Of a DNA stretch of 64,000 nt, positions 12,992 to 27,299 are shown piece by piece. Position numbers and translations under genes: made by a program. Within the stretch, counting starts at the first letter, position 1. Each line of letters opens with the position of its first letter. The stretch is from Trichosphaerium sp. ATCC 40318 (Eukaryota > Protista > Tubulinea), in contig JALMLS010000086.1 of the NCBI GenBank assembly GCA_038496445.1, forward strand, positions 1 to 64,000, written 5' to 3'. The notes under the pieces are model-generated. The model was not told where the DNA came from, did no database searches, and saw nothing but the letters and a program-made list of their open reading frames with translations.

Positions 12992-15544
12992 TTAGTCAGT
13001 CGTATTTATTGGGTCTGGTATTTGAGAATATCCTTTTTTCTTCTTTTTAGTGCAACAACCAATAACAGAGCACGCTACAAATACAAAATGTCAAAACAAA
13101 GAGAAGGCCCATGCTCGAAAAAAAAGAAAAAAAAAAAGAACTTTCTCAAAGAGTTTCCGTAATCAAAAAATCACGTGTCAGAGTTCATGAACAAAAAACC
13201 ATCTCGTACCAACAAACAACAATGCAACACCACCACAACAACCAACAAAGACAAAAAACCACAAACCACCAGCTAGACATTGCATTAAAATGATTCATAC
13301 CGAACGTCAAGACATACGCTTAGAACATAGAGTTGCACCAGCTTCTGAAGTCATCCAAACACATTTCTTGCATTCATTTCCACTTTGGTATGTACCTTAA
13401 ACAATACGTCTTAGCTAGAAGGGCTAATATTTTTGTGACTACTTACCAGCACTACATGGAGTACACATTGATCCATTGCTTGATATTATGTTACCAATAA
13501 AACACATATCACACTGTACTGTTCCATTACTAGAGAAAGTTAGTCAAACATTCTCAAAAGATATTCAAAAACTGAAATAGGACTTCGGAGTATAGTAACC
13601 GTCGTAAAGGAATACACATTTCCATGCCGTAATCAGGAGCATGCAGACCTAAGGTGTATTCAATGAATAAAATAGTACTTTTTGAAACTAACCAGGAGGG
13701 CAAAGGTCACATGATGTCGCTCTTGTAGAGTTTGAATAACTTCCTTTATCGCAGCTTTCACATGCAAGAATATGACTATCACTCGCTTGTCCCTTTGCAC
13801 ATGTCACTTATTCGAAGGGTTAGTGTAGTAGGTTCGTAGAAATAGCCAAATAAAAGGTTTCAAAAAAAAACAAGTGGCGATTTCCCAAAAGAGAGAAAAA
13901 GCCTCAAGCTTACCTTTTTCATCAACGTTGTTGTTAATGAACGAATTGTAGAACTTTGAATCTGGATAGAATGTACTATCAGGTACATAAACTGCAAAAG
14001 GGGGAGCATTGAGATTAGTATTCTATTGCAATATGAGCATTACTATTGAAAAAAAAAAAAAGTAGCAATAAAGATGCCTTACATTAAACACCACAATGTT
14101 GTTTTGAAAAGTAGACTCGGTGACTTCAAGTTCGAACGGAAAACCTTTTAATGAATATACCTAATTTCACGTTACTATAATATATACAGGGCAGTGAGAA
14201 TCATAAAAAGAGTGCTCACAACAGGAGTGACATAGCTAATTGTATAATGATCAGATGAGTGAATTTTGGTTGTGTATGTTTTTGTGTTCTTGAAAGTGCT
14301 ATTTTTCACTCGAACACCAGGAAATACACCAGGGATAGGATGCAAACCTTCAAGTATAACAACTTTAAGAATGCCAGCATTAGCCTATAAGTTCACAAAT
14401 TATGTTAAAACAAGGTGCAGAATGTTGAAAAAACCCGAACCGTGTTTGTGTTGTTACTGAAAGTACACGAGTCTAAGGTTGTATAAACACTGGTTATATC
14501 AATATTTCTGGTCATTTGAGATACTTCAACACGTTCTAAGTTAACCTTAGTCGCTAAAAAAGATGTCAAGATTGAGGGTTTAAATGTGAAAATTGTGAGA
14601 AAGTTAACAACGAACATAGAATGTATGGTGCGGTTTTAACCAAATGGCTGTCTGTTATATGTATTTCTCCAGTGTTAGCGTGTAATGTTGATGTATGAAA
14701 TGATGTAGAGTTAATGAATACACGATTCCCAGCAACTGACACTATTGCGCTGTTAAATCATTCGATTTTTTTCAGGTAAAATATCAATAAAAACATACAT
14801 CCTACTCTCGGTCCAGTGAATACGCAGTTGTGTATCATAATTTCTTCTACCGCCAAGAGTTCAAGCGTAGTAGATAATCCTTGAAGCCTATAGTTAGAAG
14901 AAAGACAAGAGAAATGCAGGCTATTTTAGAAAAGCGATTGAACCAAAAATGGTTTTTACTTTTACCACGAAACTTCCAACTTAGTTTATAAATCAACGTC
15001 ACGTGATTTTTAGAAAACAAACCATGATTTGGCGAATACGAAAAATAAAACGAACCTTCGACCTCAACTGAGCCATGTGTTGCGTTAAATAGCTGAAAAA
15101 TCAATTAACCAAGCAGTTGGAATTAATAACATACCCAACCAGGTGAGTTAGAAGGCATTGATGTATTTTGTGTTTGAATACCACGAAAGACAGCTAAACC
15201 GCTCGTATTCACTTTAACGTTATACTTTGTGTCATTGTATGAGCCGCCTGAGAAAAACAAGAAAAGGCTCAGTCAGGGTAAACAGATTGTCGTATTGTAC
15301 CTTCAATACAAACAACAAACGTGTTGTTTGCTCCATCTACTGTAGACACGGCTTTTGATAGGCTATAGAAGGGAGAAATGTATGTCCCGTTTCCAGTATC
15401 ATCAGATCCTTTAGTGCTAACGTATGTACTGCATGGTAACGCGTTTGAAGAAAACAAACAAAAAACTTTCGAAAATAAACGGTTATGAAATAATAATACG
15501 AACTCTAATCACGTACGTAAAATAATTGATACAACCCTAAGCAT
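12992..15544 (-). CDS. Single-pass surface receptor-like protein: DUF1565/pectin-lyase-like N-terminus, Cys-rich GCC2/ephrin-receptor-like repeats, TM helix, short tail with YSQI
   Basis: YVSTKGSDDTGNGTYISPF; ACESCDKGSYSNSTRATSCDLCPPG; spliced TM LWFFVFVGCCGGVALLFVACSVIGCC followed by KKKKKGYSQIPD...*. Confidence 0.8.
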
Positions 15545-15953
15545 TATTGATACAACACGTGTTTTTAGGAGTTGGCCTTCGTAAAAAAGAAACTCTTAAA
15601 TTGGTCATTGATATTCTGGTGTTAAATAAACTTTGAACTTCTAGTTTTACTTTATGTTACTTTGATTTCTTCTAGTTATGATAAATAAATGATGTTGTTT
15701 GCAATGATGATCACGTCATGAAGACCCTTCACCGGGCCCAGTATGTTGTCTACTAGGAAGTAAAGAAGAAGCCTGGCCAGGTTCGTACCTCTTTACATTT
15801 GTACAAAAGTGTAAAACAGCTTTCAAAAAAACAATCACAAAAACGTCACGCTACGATTTTTCTTACAATTTATATAAATATCTAATGCCTAAAATCTCCC
15901 CTCTCCCAATAGATTAAATATCTGAGCTCTAATGTAAGGAAGTGGTCTTAAAC

Positions 15954-17755
15954 GGAATTGACTCAGATTATCGATAAACTGTTGTATCGATAATATTTTT
16001 TTTTCACGTGACCATTAACCACAAAGCCGGGGAAGCTGGCTGATGCCGGTGAAATAGCCGGTATCAAGAAACGCCGTAGAAGCTGGTTGTTCTGCTGGCC
16101 TTGTAGTACAAACAATAGGTAAATGAATGCGGTGATAATACCAACTTACCCAATTCATGAGAATGGCATGTTCTGCAATGAACGGCACTGTCCTTCTTTG
16201 GAGCCTGAAGCCCTTTGCTTGCACTAAATAAAAATATCTCTAGTTTTGATCCTGTTTGCTACTTCTGTGGCTCCAATAAAACGCTACACAACCCACTGAA
16301 TACATTTCTAGGTCTTTTTGTTCAACCAACCCGAATAGCAGAATACCTTTACAATACTCTTTGTTAAATTTATAAATTTACAGCAACTTTGCATTAGCTT
16401 CAACTGAGCTGTATGATTCTATTGATATATCAAAATGTAAGAGCAATATACATTCAGATTACAATAACTCTAAAAATACTAGCCACATTCGTCACTAGTA
16501 CGTACAGCTTACAAGCTTGTATATAGCTAACTATGCCTTTCAAAACAGTGTTGGCTCAAGTATAATGGTCAGTGGCCAAGATTCACGCTATGGCTCATGT
16601 AACTGGGATCAAATTTCATATGTTTTTGAATCCAGCATTAGGTGATGACACATAAATTTATAAATTTTCACTTTTTAAATGTTGAATTCGTCACAACCAA
16701 GTACCCCTTCTTTTATTGATGTGCATGTTATACCACGAGGAACCCTTGCAAGTAAGAAAGTTGCAACATTACTGTTGTTACCTGCAGCGATAACGACTTC
16801 ACTAGCTACAACTTCCAATTGCTATTTGAAACTGCTTGCTCACCTCAGAATGCTTTTTGCGTACAGCTAATGTATTTCTATTAACATTCAAATATGTCTC
16901 TGAATTCTGGCCAGCTACAGCAACCAACAGACTTTGCAAGGTATATCTCAAGGAAAAATAACATCATGAAATGTAACAAGTTACCAAAGTAAATTTATAA
17001 ATTTATGCTACCGAAAACCAAAAGTAGCACGTGACTTGTGATTTCGAGCTTGCAGTACGGAAGCCTGTATAGGTTTTTTACAAATAATACTATTTTAATT
17101 GGTAGTAGTAGTGTACATGCCTGTCAAGCATGGCAGGTAAAAGAACCACATGACGTAGTTCATGCAATCAATTGAAAAATTTATAAATTTATGAAGGTTC
17201 AAACTGTTCTAGCGTGTGTTTCGAAAAATAAAAGAAGGCGTAATACACGAAAAGCAATATTTCGCTGTAATCCAAAGTAGATGTAGTTACAACGTTTATA
17301 AATATACTTTTTAGAAATACAGAGCAAACCTATTTCAATCAGACTTTCTCTGCTTCCTATCACATTGCACCTTTATATGCACTACACCAAAACGTACGTT
17401 TGTTGAGGTGAAGTTCAGGCAGCGTAATGTGAAGTATACAAAAGGATTCTACACTGGAGGTGGTTGACTGTACACTACTGGAGGGTTAGGCGGCTACCTT
17501 TTGGTATTGGTGCCCTACTGTTATAGCACCAGCACAGTCAACAAAGTACTAAAGAACCAAGACCCATCATGACGCCTAGTCATGAAGTTCAGCCACCGAT
17601 TGTCTTTATTGACAGCCGGTAAATCAGCCGGAATTGGCGCAATAGATGTCCGGTCTTGAGAATAATAGCCGGCAAAAGAGCCAGAAAAACAATATCTCAG
17701 GCAGGTGAAAAAAAATTATCGATACAAAAGTTTATCGATAATTTGAGTCAATTCC
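15954..17755. mobile_element. Non-autonomous DNA transposon, 1.8 kb, ~50-bp TIRs, 3-bp AAC target-site duplication
   Basis: ggaattgactcagattatcgataaactgttgtatcgataat...ttcac matches the reverse complement of the right end; aac at 15951-15953 and 17756-17758; no long ORF inside. Confidence 0.88.
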
Positions 17756-18830
17756 AACGCCTTTTTGGCGTAGCTTTACGCTAGACTTCCTATACTAAGC
17801 CTTTTATTTTCGCATCCAGTGTTGGCTAATATTGGAAAGTTCGAGATTTTACGTCTCAAATTCACGCACTTGCTGAACTGCCAACATGAGACAGCGTGAA
17901 TATTGGCCAGGTCAATGAGCTACAAACTCAAAAACAGCTATAAAAACATTCATTCATTCATTCATGAGACAGACATATGTACTCTTCTCTCCCACTTGTT
18001 GTTCACTTATTCAGTTCTCAATGGTAATAATTGTAACAATATTTTTTGCTCACTACATTGATTGATTCGTCGTTTTAATTATTTTAGATGTCCGAGAAAA
18101 AACGTAAAGAAAAGTTGAGTAAGTATTTGATTATTTGATGCTAGGCAACCAAGGAACTATTTTAAAAGCCCATACCTCGATCAAGAAATACGTACAATTG
18201 AGGTAATAGACGAGTTTGTACAGTCAGAATAAACTATTCACAAAAAGCTGACATGCCTTTTCGGCAAGAAGCAAAAAATCACAAGTTGTCATTGAGATCG
18301 TGGGTTCAATACCAAAAGCTTGCCGAAACCTAAACAAACCTAAAACTTATTCTCAAAGCAAGTTTGATTGTAGAGCAATTCATGTGCTACCCAAATGGCT
18401 GGTAACACTTGAGAGTTAGAGCTCTGAACTCACCAACTTAGTTTTGGTTTTACATCACTAGAATACCCTACTGTAATATCATTGCACAAAACTCTTCAGT
18501 GTAGATGGTTTCACTACAAAAGTGCGAGAGGCGCTTGAAATAAAGTGGTCATGCTTTACACTTCAGTGAATGGTCACTTTAACTTCTTTTTTTTTTTTGT
18601 TCCCACCTTGGCGTGCAACTCACGTATGTGCGTTTGTTTCTTCTGATTACCAAAATAGAGACTTTTACGAACAGTTGTACGACGTTATTTTGAAACTGGA
18701 GTTCCAGTGCAACCCATACGGCCTATCATGTCCCCTCGCTAGCGGTTGTTTACGGATAAAATAGTTTTAAGCCATTTTAAGCGCTAGCGCCATTTTTAGA
18801 AATAACTCAAGCGGTAGAAGCTTAAAGCGA

Positions 18831-20376
18831 ATGTATACCAACCGCATACGCGCATTGATCATTGTTGGATGCTTCCTATGCTTTACGAATTGTTTTGTAT
18901 CTATATCGGGTTCAGAACGACAATACTTCTCTCCAGCGCTTCTATATGGCTCTAACTTTCAAGAAACGCTTTTTTCGGGAACAAATTTAACAGCAGTGCA
19001 CGAATCGTGTCCAAACAAAACAAACCGCGTTGTATTCGTTTCAGGAGTACGTGCGATGAGAAATACGCTTCATAGATGGATTGAGGATGAAGGAGCACTT
19101 GCTATAATCATAATAAGCAATGGCTTGTCACCTTGGATTGATGAAGCAGGGACTAATACTAGATTTGGTGATACAAAGGCTTATATTCCTGGAGTTATTG
19201 TTGGCAGAGATGTTGGAAATCTTATTGAAGAGAATAGCGAATACGAAGTTCAAGTTAATGTTACTGCTGATCATAATAGGCTACGGCCTTTTATGCGTGT
19301 ACGTGTTTGTTAGAATAATTAAGGTTGTTTTGATTGACAACACGTGGTTGACACGTGCTTTGTTTACTTTTCGTTTGATGCCCAAGTTTTTTTTTACGTG
19401 GACGCTCTGTGTATCTAAACTTTTTAATGTAGAGTCCTATTGCACGTACTCTGGAAGTGTTAAACGCTATTGCCAATATTATATCCATCATATACTTTAT
19501 TTACAGGTTGTATGAGTTTAGGCACCAGCCGTGTAAATCACTCTCAATTGTAGTACGTTTTAGTCGAACCGAAAAACAACAAAATTATGCTCTTTAGCAC
19601 TTTGTATCCACGTGACACTTTTGTATACTTTTACTTTGTATATAATGTACATATCTAATGAGTTTTAGGCTATATATCTAGAAATAGTAGCAGCTGTTAT
19701 TCGTATAATTGCGTACCCTTTATTTGTAACTCTTAAAATGGCTGTTCCACTTGTTGTTTCTCGAACTCTTGGAACATTTCATATTCCTTTTTCTCTTGCA
19801 ACAAACTTACTTATAGTTATCTATTGGCATGAAACGTTACTTATCAAATCAGTGCAAACAGCTCCTTTTTTGACAAAACTGAAAATACCGTTTTTTATCA
19901 CATGTGGAGTTATCATTGTTTTGGACTTGATTGTCTCTATTCTATCTGGATTAACACTAAACGCACAATTTCAAATTGTCGTTAGTTTCTTCTACTTTAT
20001 TATACTTGTAGCAAACTTTATTTATTGTATCACAACAAGCATGAAAGTGCTTAGCGCTGTAAAAAAATACTTCAAAAAAGATGAAACACAATCAGAGTTT
20101 CTACTTAAAATACGGAGGAGAACATCAGTAGCAGCAGGTTGTATAGCTTATCTTCTATTATCTTTGATAGCACAAGCAGTAGTTTCTCTATTTGAAAGTG
20201 GTATTGCTGTCAGGTTCAGTTTGTTTAACATGATGTTTGCTGGCAATATTTTGGGCGTTACAATTGTTGCTAGTTTCAATGTACCAAAGAAGAGACATAC
20301 CACAAAACGTACATCAAAGAATCTATCTATTACAAACACTGCAGATTCATTAGGTAGAGTTGAAAATGCCTTATAA
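18831..20376 (+). CDS. Signal peptide + PA-domain-like ectodomain + multi-pass (7TM-like) membrane protein
   Basis: GALAIIII...IPGVIVGRDVGNLI (PA-like); three exons; several hydrophobic helices including LLIVIYWHE. Confidence 0.7.
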
Positions 20377-20801
20377 TTAATAAGCAAAGTACATCATTGT
20401 AAAGTAAAATAATCCTAATGTAGCATTGTATTTTCAGAATATTTAAACGTTTTTACTCACCTCAAAACCATCTTGCATTTCACTTGCTATTTGTAACTAT
20501 TAGTATGATGCTATACTTGTATTTTAGTATAGGTTGTTTTGTGATTTATTCGAGTTGTACCAAAGAAAAGTAAAAAATGCTTAGACTGCTGCTTTGTTGT
20601 TTTGTTCTTAACTTACTGAGCATAATTTGGTTTTGCATAAACTTTCAGTGGTTCACTTGAGATTATGAACTAAAAAGCACACTAAAGGTGTAAACGCATT
20701 CTCTAGTATGGTTATCAGGGTTGATTTATTGTCGCTGCCTTTTGCCTTAGATGTATTACAATGTTTCACTATTTGACCAGTGTAATCCACTGAGCATATT
20801 C

Positions 20802-21469
20802 TCATTCTCTCTTTCCATAAAAAAAATGACAATGATCTTCTAATTTACCATTTTTTTTCCATTTTTTATACTCCCCATGCAACATATCATTGATTTGAGT
20901 ATAATGGAAATACAATTGACCATTATCATGCCAACATTTATACTCTCCTTCTATTCTATCACTGACAAACCCATATTTTACAAATAGCTGACCATTGCTG
21001 TACCACTCCTTGTGTTCCCCATTCTTTTCACCATCAGTGTAGTGTGATACTGCCTTTAATTGACCATTACGGTACCACTTGTATTCACCATTTAGTTTAT
21101 TGTTTGAGTAGTTACCTTGTTCATATAACTGGCCGTTATACCAACCCTCGTACACTCCTTCTTTGATACCATTCACAAAAACTTGACTTCTTATGCTTGT
21201 TTTGAAAGGATTTCCAAAATTTCTTTGTTGTAACCATTTACCATGTTTGTTAAGGTCATCATTGAATCGTGTTGTTGTAGCACTGTATTTTGATAACAGT
21301 GGCCACTTTAGATAAACTTCAAAGTCCAAATCGATGATATAATAATGTAGCTCAACTGGGATGTTTAATAAGCAAAGACGGCCTTCTGGAATGCTATTTA
21401 TCTTTTGTATTTTCGTTAACGAGGCGCGTGGTGTTAAAAATAAAATAATACCTTTCTTTTTGCTGTCAT
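20802..21469 (-). CDS. F-box-like + MORN-variant repeat protein, copy A
   Basis: Micro-exon MTAKRK (21469-21452), exon 2 21401-20802; LLNIPVELHYYII F-box-like; GEYKEWYSNGQL repeats; stop looks premature because a degenerate last repeat follows. Confidence 0.85.
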
Positions 21470-22095
21470 GATGTGTTGGGTTATATAAATGCACATTAAA
21501 TACTGCTTAATCTTCAAACAGCCTCGGTCAAGCAGATTCGCTAAAAACACGTGTTTTTGTAGCAAGCGTCGTTTCGCAGATTACTTAACAGGAACACATA
21601 GGCTTTTGTTTTAACTTATTGCCATGGGTGGTTAACTCAGTAGTGGTTGTAATTAGTTACATTCGTTGCTACCAACTTAGGCATCTTAAAAATTCTCGGA
21701 AATGCATCTCTCACGTGTGGTAGATATGCTATGAGAGGCGCGTTTTATAAACCAAACAAAAAGCGCGCAAATGATAAACGCTAACTCAACAATTTGGTGT
21801 CGGCCTGTGCCTTAAAATAAGCGATTGTCGTAAACATTCAACTTAACTATGTGTTCTGTAAAGGCTTTGTGGCATGTTTTCAGCTCAAAAAGAAGACATA
21901 CAAACGACGGCTAAGGCTTTCATTTGGTTGTTTTTGTTCTCCATTATACGCAGAATCAAGACCTGGTGGATATTAATGGTTGGGATATTTAGTCCTGATA
22001 CACAACATGGAAAAAGATTACAGGTACTGACACTACATGTGAAAACTAGAAAACCGACTCAAATCGAAACAAGGTTATTAAACTACAACAATTAC

Positions 22096-23226
22096 TTAAC
22101 GGGATAGCAGTTCAATTCTGGAAGCAGTCATATCTGGTGCAATCTATAAGAATAGTCACGTGATTTTGAAGATATAGCAAACAAGCAAGCCAAAATCATA
22201 CCTTGATACATGGAGAAAACCCAGGATAATAAATAGGTCGTGTAAATGGTTTAATGGAAGGTGCTATTGTATACTTCTCGGTTTCCTATCATCTCAAATC
22301 ATCAGTACAATAATAAACAAGTTAAGGCATTACCTGTTGACTTATCAATTGAAAATGTCTCCCCAGTAGCACGGCTTGTTGATATCAATGTTCTATCATT
22401 TAATTCAGCAAGTATATCATCTGCAAAAACCTGTGGTCTGCCAGAGCCAAGAGTATCAAGAGTTGATAAATCAATTTCACAAGGTCCTGGATCAGAACTC
22501 AGTAAAGATGTATCTAGTATATAAACGAAATCACTATCTGAGCCAATCGCAAGAGCTTCTAAGTATGCTATGTTGTTATCAACAACAACTAAAGTTTCCT
22601 ATCAGGATTCAACTATTGGGATATACGTACAGCTATCAATACCAAAGGTATTCTCAACAGGACAATTGGTAACAAGGGATACACAGTCATCTTTTTTTGT
22701 GATATCAAGCTTGTATTGCTGCAACCCGTTTGTACCAAAAAGTGTATAAAAGTGAGATCCATCAATGAAACCTCCTGAAACAATCGAGCCTGGAACAGAA
22801 CCAGTACAAATCTCAGTGTTATCTAATGCTCTAACTGATACGAATTCATTATATATAACAACAATCATCTCGCCATTTAATGAAGGTACTAATGAACACA
22901 TCAGGTTGTATAGGAAGCGAAAATTCAAAAACAATTAAATAGGCGTACTGGCAGCGAGGAGAAATATATCGATTGAAGTGGGAACACTGACACCAAATGA
23001 TCTCAGATCTACAAAATAACAATCTTAATTAATCACGTGGCAACAAACAAGATTTGTAATAAATAAAGCTGTACTGCAAAGCATACTGTTAAATTCAAGG
23101 TCTGTTGTTAATATCTCAACTTGTCTCGGAGGTGGCACTAGCGAATATGTACCCAGGAGGCCTCTGACAAACACAAACTGAAAAAACCGTTAAAATAAGG
23201 GCACACGAAAATATAGAGCTGTTCAT
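22096..23226 (-). pseudogene. Secreted protein family B copy, frameshifted in exon 1
   Basis: CQRPPGYIFA then a deletion shifting frame before PRQVEILTTDLEFN; VSVRALDNTEICTGS block and terminal IAPDMTASRIELLSR* present. Confidence 0.75.
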
Positions 23227-23964
23227 CAGGATCACTAATTTGAACAACACTTAAACTAAGTATCAATTCACAAACCTTAAGCATACATATTCTTTGACGT
23301 ATTTGTACTTGCGAGAGGTACACTAGAACATATATAAACAAAACGTAAGACGTAACATTCGGATAACTTCTCGGGGAATAACGTGGCCGAGAAAACAATG
23401 GCTGTACACGTGTTTTACTCCGTTACAGACGTTTGGGTAAACTTGAGTTGACTTCGTATAAATCAACAACAACAACAACCGACAAAGCTTAAACAACATG
23501 GCGAGCAGCAATCACCAACATCCCACCCAAAAATTTCCTTTTCAATTTGTTTTAAAAAACTGTAAAACCTTTCTTTTATTTCCAAGTGTTCTTGTATAAT
23601 ATAACAAATGCTTGGCGCTGCGCTAGAGCCACAAGACATTTTGTCTTCCTCCCAACATCGTCTTAGTTAGTGTTCCTTGGTTAGTTGATAGAAGAAAGTC
23701 AACTGAGAGTGTTAGAACTCTAAGTGCTATTGATGTGATCTCAACGTTCAAATAACTGACACAAATAATAAACTCGTATTGTCACGTGACTTTTAGTACA
23801 TTTGTTTCAATAGGTGGAAAGTCGACAAGAATCACATCTATTAACCCGTAAGGTGCTGGAGCACCTAATTAATGTATAGAGCCCTTAAGGGACAATAAAC
23901 TAGCACAAGCTCAGTACAGCTACTCTTCGTACCAAACGATATCAGTCAAGTTATGTGAGCGCAA

Positions 23965-24075
23965 TCAAAGGTAAGATTGAAGGGAGTACAAACAATGGTA
24001 TAAAAGTGGTCAGTTAAAACTACTTTGTCATTATGTTGATGATTTGAAAGAAGGAGAATATACTCAGTTTGATTT
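23965..24075 (+). pseudogene. Degenerate MORN-variant repeat fragment
   Basis: ...YKQWYKSGQLKLLCHYVDDLKEGEYTQ-like sequence, frameshifted. Confidence 0.65.
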
Positions 24076-24326
24076 CAAGGTCAAAAGGCGACATCGGTTC
24101 GTCATACCTTGCCACAGTCCATTCTGTTTTTAGTTGAACATGACTCACGTTTTCACCTGATGGAGGAGTACCATCTCTTAAAATACTTATACAAGTGAAA
24201 TACCGTACAAGAGTATCTAGGTTAGTATTCATAAACAAAGAAGTAGTCAAGTTGTCCAAAAAAAGTTATCTTATTTTACTATGTATTATATATACGTATC
24301 ATTTAGCTTACTTCCGTATGAAACGT

Positions 24327-25000
24327 TCACCACTCGTGATCAAAAGATATATTAATCTCATGAACATCTTTGAGTGCTTTGATTCCTTCAATAGTAAGTT
24401 TCCAACAACACTTTACGCTAATTGTGTGTACACCAACAAGACTTTTGATTCCTTCATCAGTAACTGCGGTGTAAGAAAGGTTAATAGTATGAACACCAGC
24501 AAGTGCTTTGATTCCAATATCTGTCACCCACGTTGAACGAAGATCAATAGTATGAACTCCTGCAAGTGCCTTCACACCTTCATCTGTAATGCAGTCACAC
24601 AATCTAAAACCAATTGTATGAACTCCAGCGAATTGTTTCACAATCTCGTCAGAAGGAAACTTGCTCCTTGTATTATTCACAAACTTGATTTTTGTGTTTC
24701 ATGATTCCACTGTGTTTAACAACTTGTTTTGCCTGTTCATCTGTTTTTACCCATATTCTATGGTATCCGACAATGTCGTGAATGATAGAACAAAGGATAC
24801 GACATGTTTGACAAGCTGCAAATCGATCTTTTGTTGTATGAGTTAATATCATTGCTAGAATCTCAACAGGTATGTCCAATAACGTTTTTTGAGCACTACA
24901 CTTAGTTTTAGAACGATACAATCAAAAAAGACGTTTACCTTGGATTCAATGTGTTGTACGCTATTTCAAGCAGTTTTTTATTGCCTGGTGTGCGGTTCAT
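24327..25000 (-). pseudogene. Frameshifted, shortened paralogue of the F-box-like/LRR gene at 43820
   Basis: N-terminus nearly identical to the 43820 gene; 2-nt loss in CACACAAAA near 24695; fewer LRR units; ends EINISFDHEW*. Confidence 0.85.
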
Positions 25001-25285
25001 TTCTGACTGTTTACTTAATACGTCACGTGAACATCATTTTGAAAACTATTGACTGGCTAACAAGTAAAAACGAAGTATCACTTGCCAAGCGAAAAATGTG
25101 TTAAATCAAATAAAAAGCAAAGACATGACATACCTTGATACAAAAGCAGGGTAAAAAACAGATTTGTGAATGGTCTAAACATAGATGCGACATTCAACAA
25201 AGCCAACAAGAAGTTGCTTCCAAGAAAAAAAGAAGAAAAAAAAAAGATGCCTGCTTAAAGTCAAAGTGAATACTAAAGCTAGACA

Positions 25286-26372
25286 ATGTTACGTGCAACA
25301 CCTTCTCGAGGCTATGACGCACCTCCAGTTGTTCGCTTGGACCCTATGGCACGTGTCTTTCTAATGGGTGTTTATGACGATAGTAATCACCTATCAGTAC
25401 TAAAAGGTCAATACCTACGCGAAACTAGCAAAATAAAGCGGTTTACAGCTCTTGTTTAAAAAAAACGACTCAAAACAAGTTTATTTCAGCTAAACGCTAC
25501 TCCTAGGCGTTGGCTATATTGTCATAAAGCGTATTTGGGAATATGTACTTGAATACAACAAAGAGCACTACGCTCCGTTCATTAAACAACAGCTCCCACG
25601 AAGAGGTATACTGGGTGGGGGTTACTTTGATGCACATTTCGCCATCATCGACAAGCTAAACTGTGAATCCTGGGATTCCATGCCAACTCAATTCGCTAAA
25701 GTCATTTCAAGCAAGTTTCCTTCACCTTCAGGAAAAGATATTGATATCAATATGATGCCTCTAAAGATGGACAAAAACCTCTTCAAGGATCAACTCCCTG
25801 AAGACCTGTGGCCTTATATATACTTACTAGATATCGTACTTACAGTGGACAGGGACCAAGAAGGTACAATATGCTTCTTAACAATACAAGAGTCTTTTGT
25901 TGAGAAAGGTAAAACACAACGAAGACCAGGTGTTCATATTGAGTATCCGGGTAAACTTGGGACATCACGTGGATATTACGATGAAGCTTGGGGTGGAGGA
26001 TATGCTTTAAAAGATGGTATGTTTATTGCTACAAATTTAGATGACACGTGCGCTATCTGGGACGTAAGCATTGAGGATAAAAAAGATGGAACATCAGTTA
26101 TTGGATCTTTGGGTGATTTGGAGCACTTGAAGAATGCCTTGCCAAGAGAGAGAATGTCGTTACTGAAAGGTAGGTCTATGTATTGGCTAACAGATAGAAC
26201 ACCGCATGAAGCGTTACCAATGAAAGAATCAGGAAGAAGAATATTCTTTCGCCTTGTTTCTAATAAGCTCGGCATGTGGTATGAATCTCACTCAACAAAG
26301 AATCCTATTGGTATTGTTCCTGATCCCAAGAAAACAAGAATCATCAAAGAGAACAAGTTTACAGATGCTTAA
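25286..26372 (+). CDS. Putative 2OG-Fe(II) dioxygenase-fold protein, copy 2 (inverted duplicate of 1363-2441)
   Basis: Same two-exon layout (intron about 25407-25506), open frame, catalytic part near-identical to copy 1. Confidence 0.7.
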
Positions 26373-27299
26373 ACTTGTAGAGTAGAATACTACAGGACTA
26401 GGGTGATAGATATCCGTGTAATAAAACAAATCAGGTTTCATATTGTCACACGTGATAAATAAATGGTTTTGACGTGAAAGCTGCTATTTGGTACAAGTGT
26501 TGATTTTTAATGATCCTTATAGTAATACAGTAGCATCAATTACCTTGGTTAGAATTTAGCAATAGCGCTGTATGTTAATTGTTTAAAAACAGTGCAAACT
26601 TGCATATAAACATGGATCAATGAGTTAAACAATGGAACAAAAGATGGCATATTGTAGTCATAGAATACAAAGAATGGGCAGCTAGTTTTAATGTACATTG
26701 TGTCAGACGTCATTGAGAAGTTGCCCAATAGAGAGTGCAATTGGAAGATGAGATGTCAAACTGCTTTCAGTTTCAAATGAATAAACTCATTGAGATTTCT
26801 TCATCATACTAGTGCATATACATTTGTAATTTTACATTATTTTCTTAATGATACTTCATTGTTCTTTGAATGTTAAAAAAGTAAAAATCAGTACTTCTTT
26901 GTTACGAAAGTACTTACTAAATTGAAGAGCCTCGCTGGTTACCATCCTACTACTAGAACACGCTGCATCGGATTTACCATTACAACCGATTAAATACCCG
27001 TAACTGAAGGGTAACAGCTCCAACGTCAGAAATAGGCTCCTGAACGGGTTGTCATAAAACCGAACCTATAAACCACTTATTTGTGTTAAGAATAAAAGGT
27101 AGCAGGGAACAGTGACAAAATCTGCTCGCAATATTCAAGACTGTTTCAGTTAGAAAACTGACATTAATGTAAAAAAAATTGTGGTTTGCAACACAAGCTT
27201 CTTAGAGCAATGACCCTGTACATCGATCAGCAATCGAACTCCATTCAAAAACAGAAATTTGCCTTACCAAGGGTAAGGGTAGTTAGGTACCCATTATAA

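Noticed and set aside
16550-16622. tRNA-like A/B-box resemblance inside the TIR element
   Set aside because: Stems do not pair as a cloverleaf.
17947-17965. (CATT)n microsatellite
   Set aside because: Short and ordinary.
18259-18329. tRNA-like sequence with a B-box-like GGTTCAATACC inside a 10-bp inverted repeat
   Set aside because: No D-arm or anticodon arm can be folded; at most a degenerate relic.
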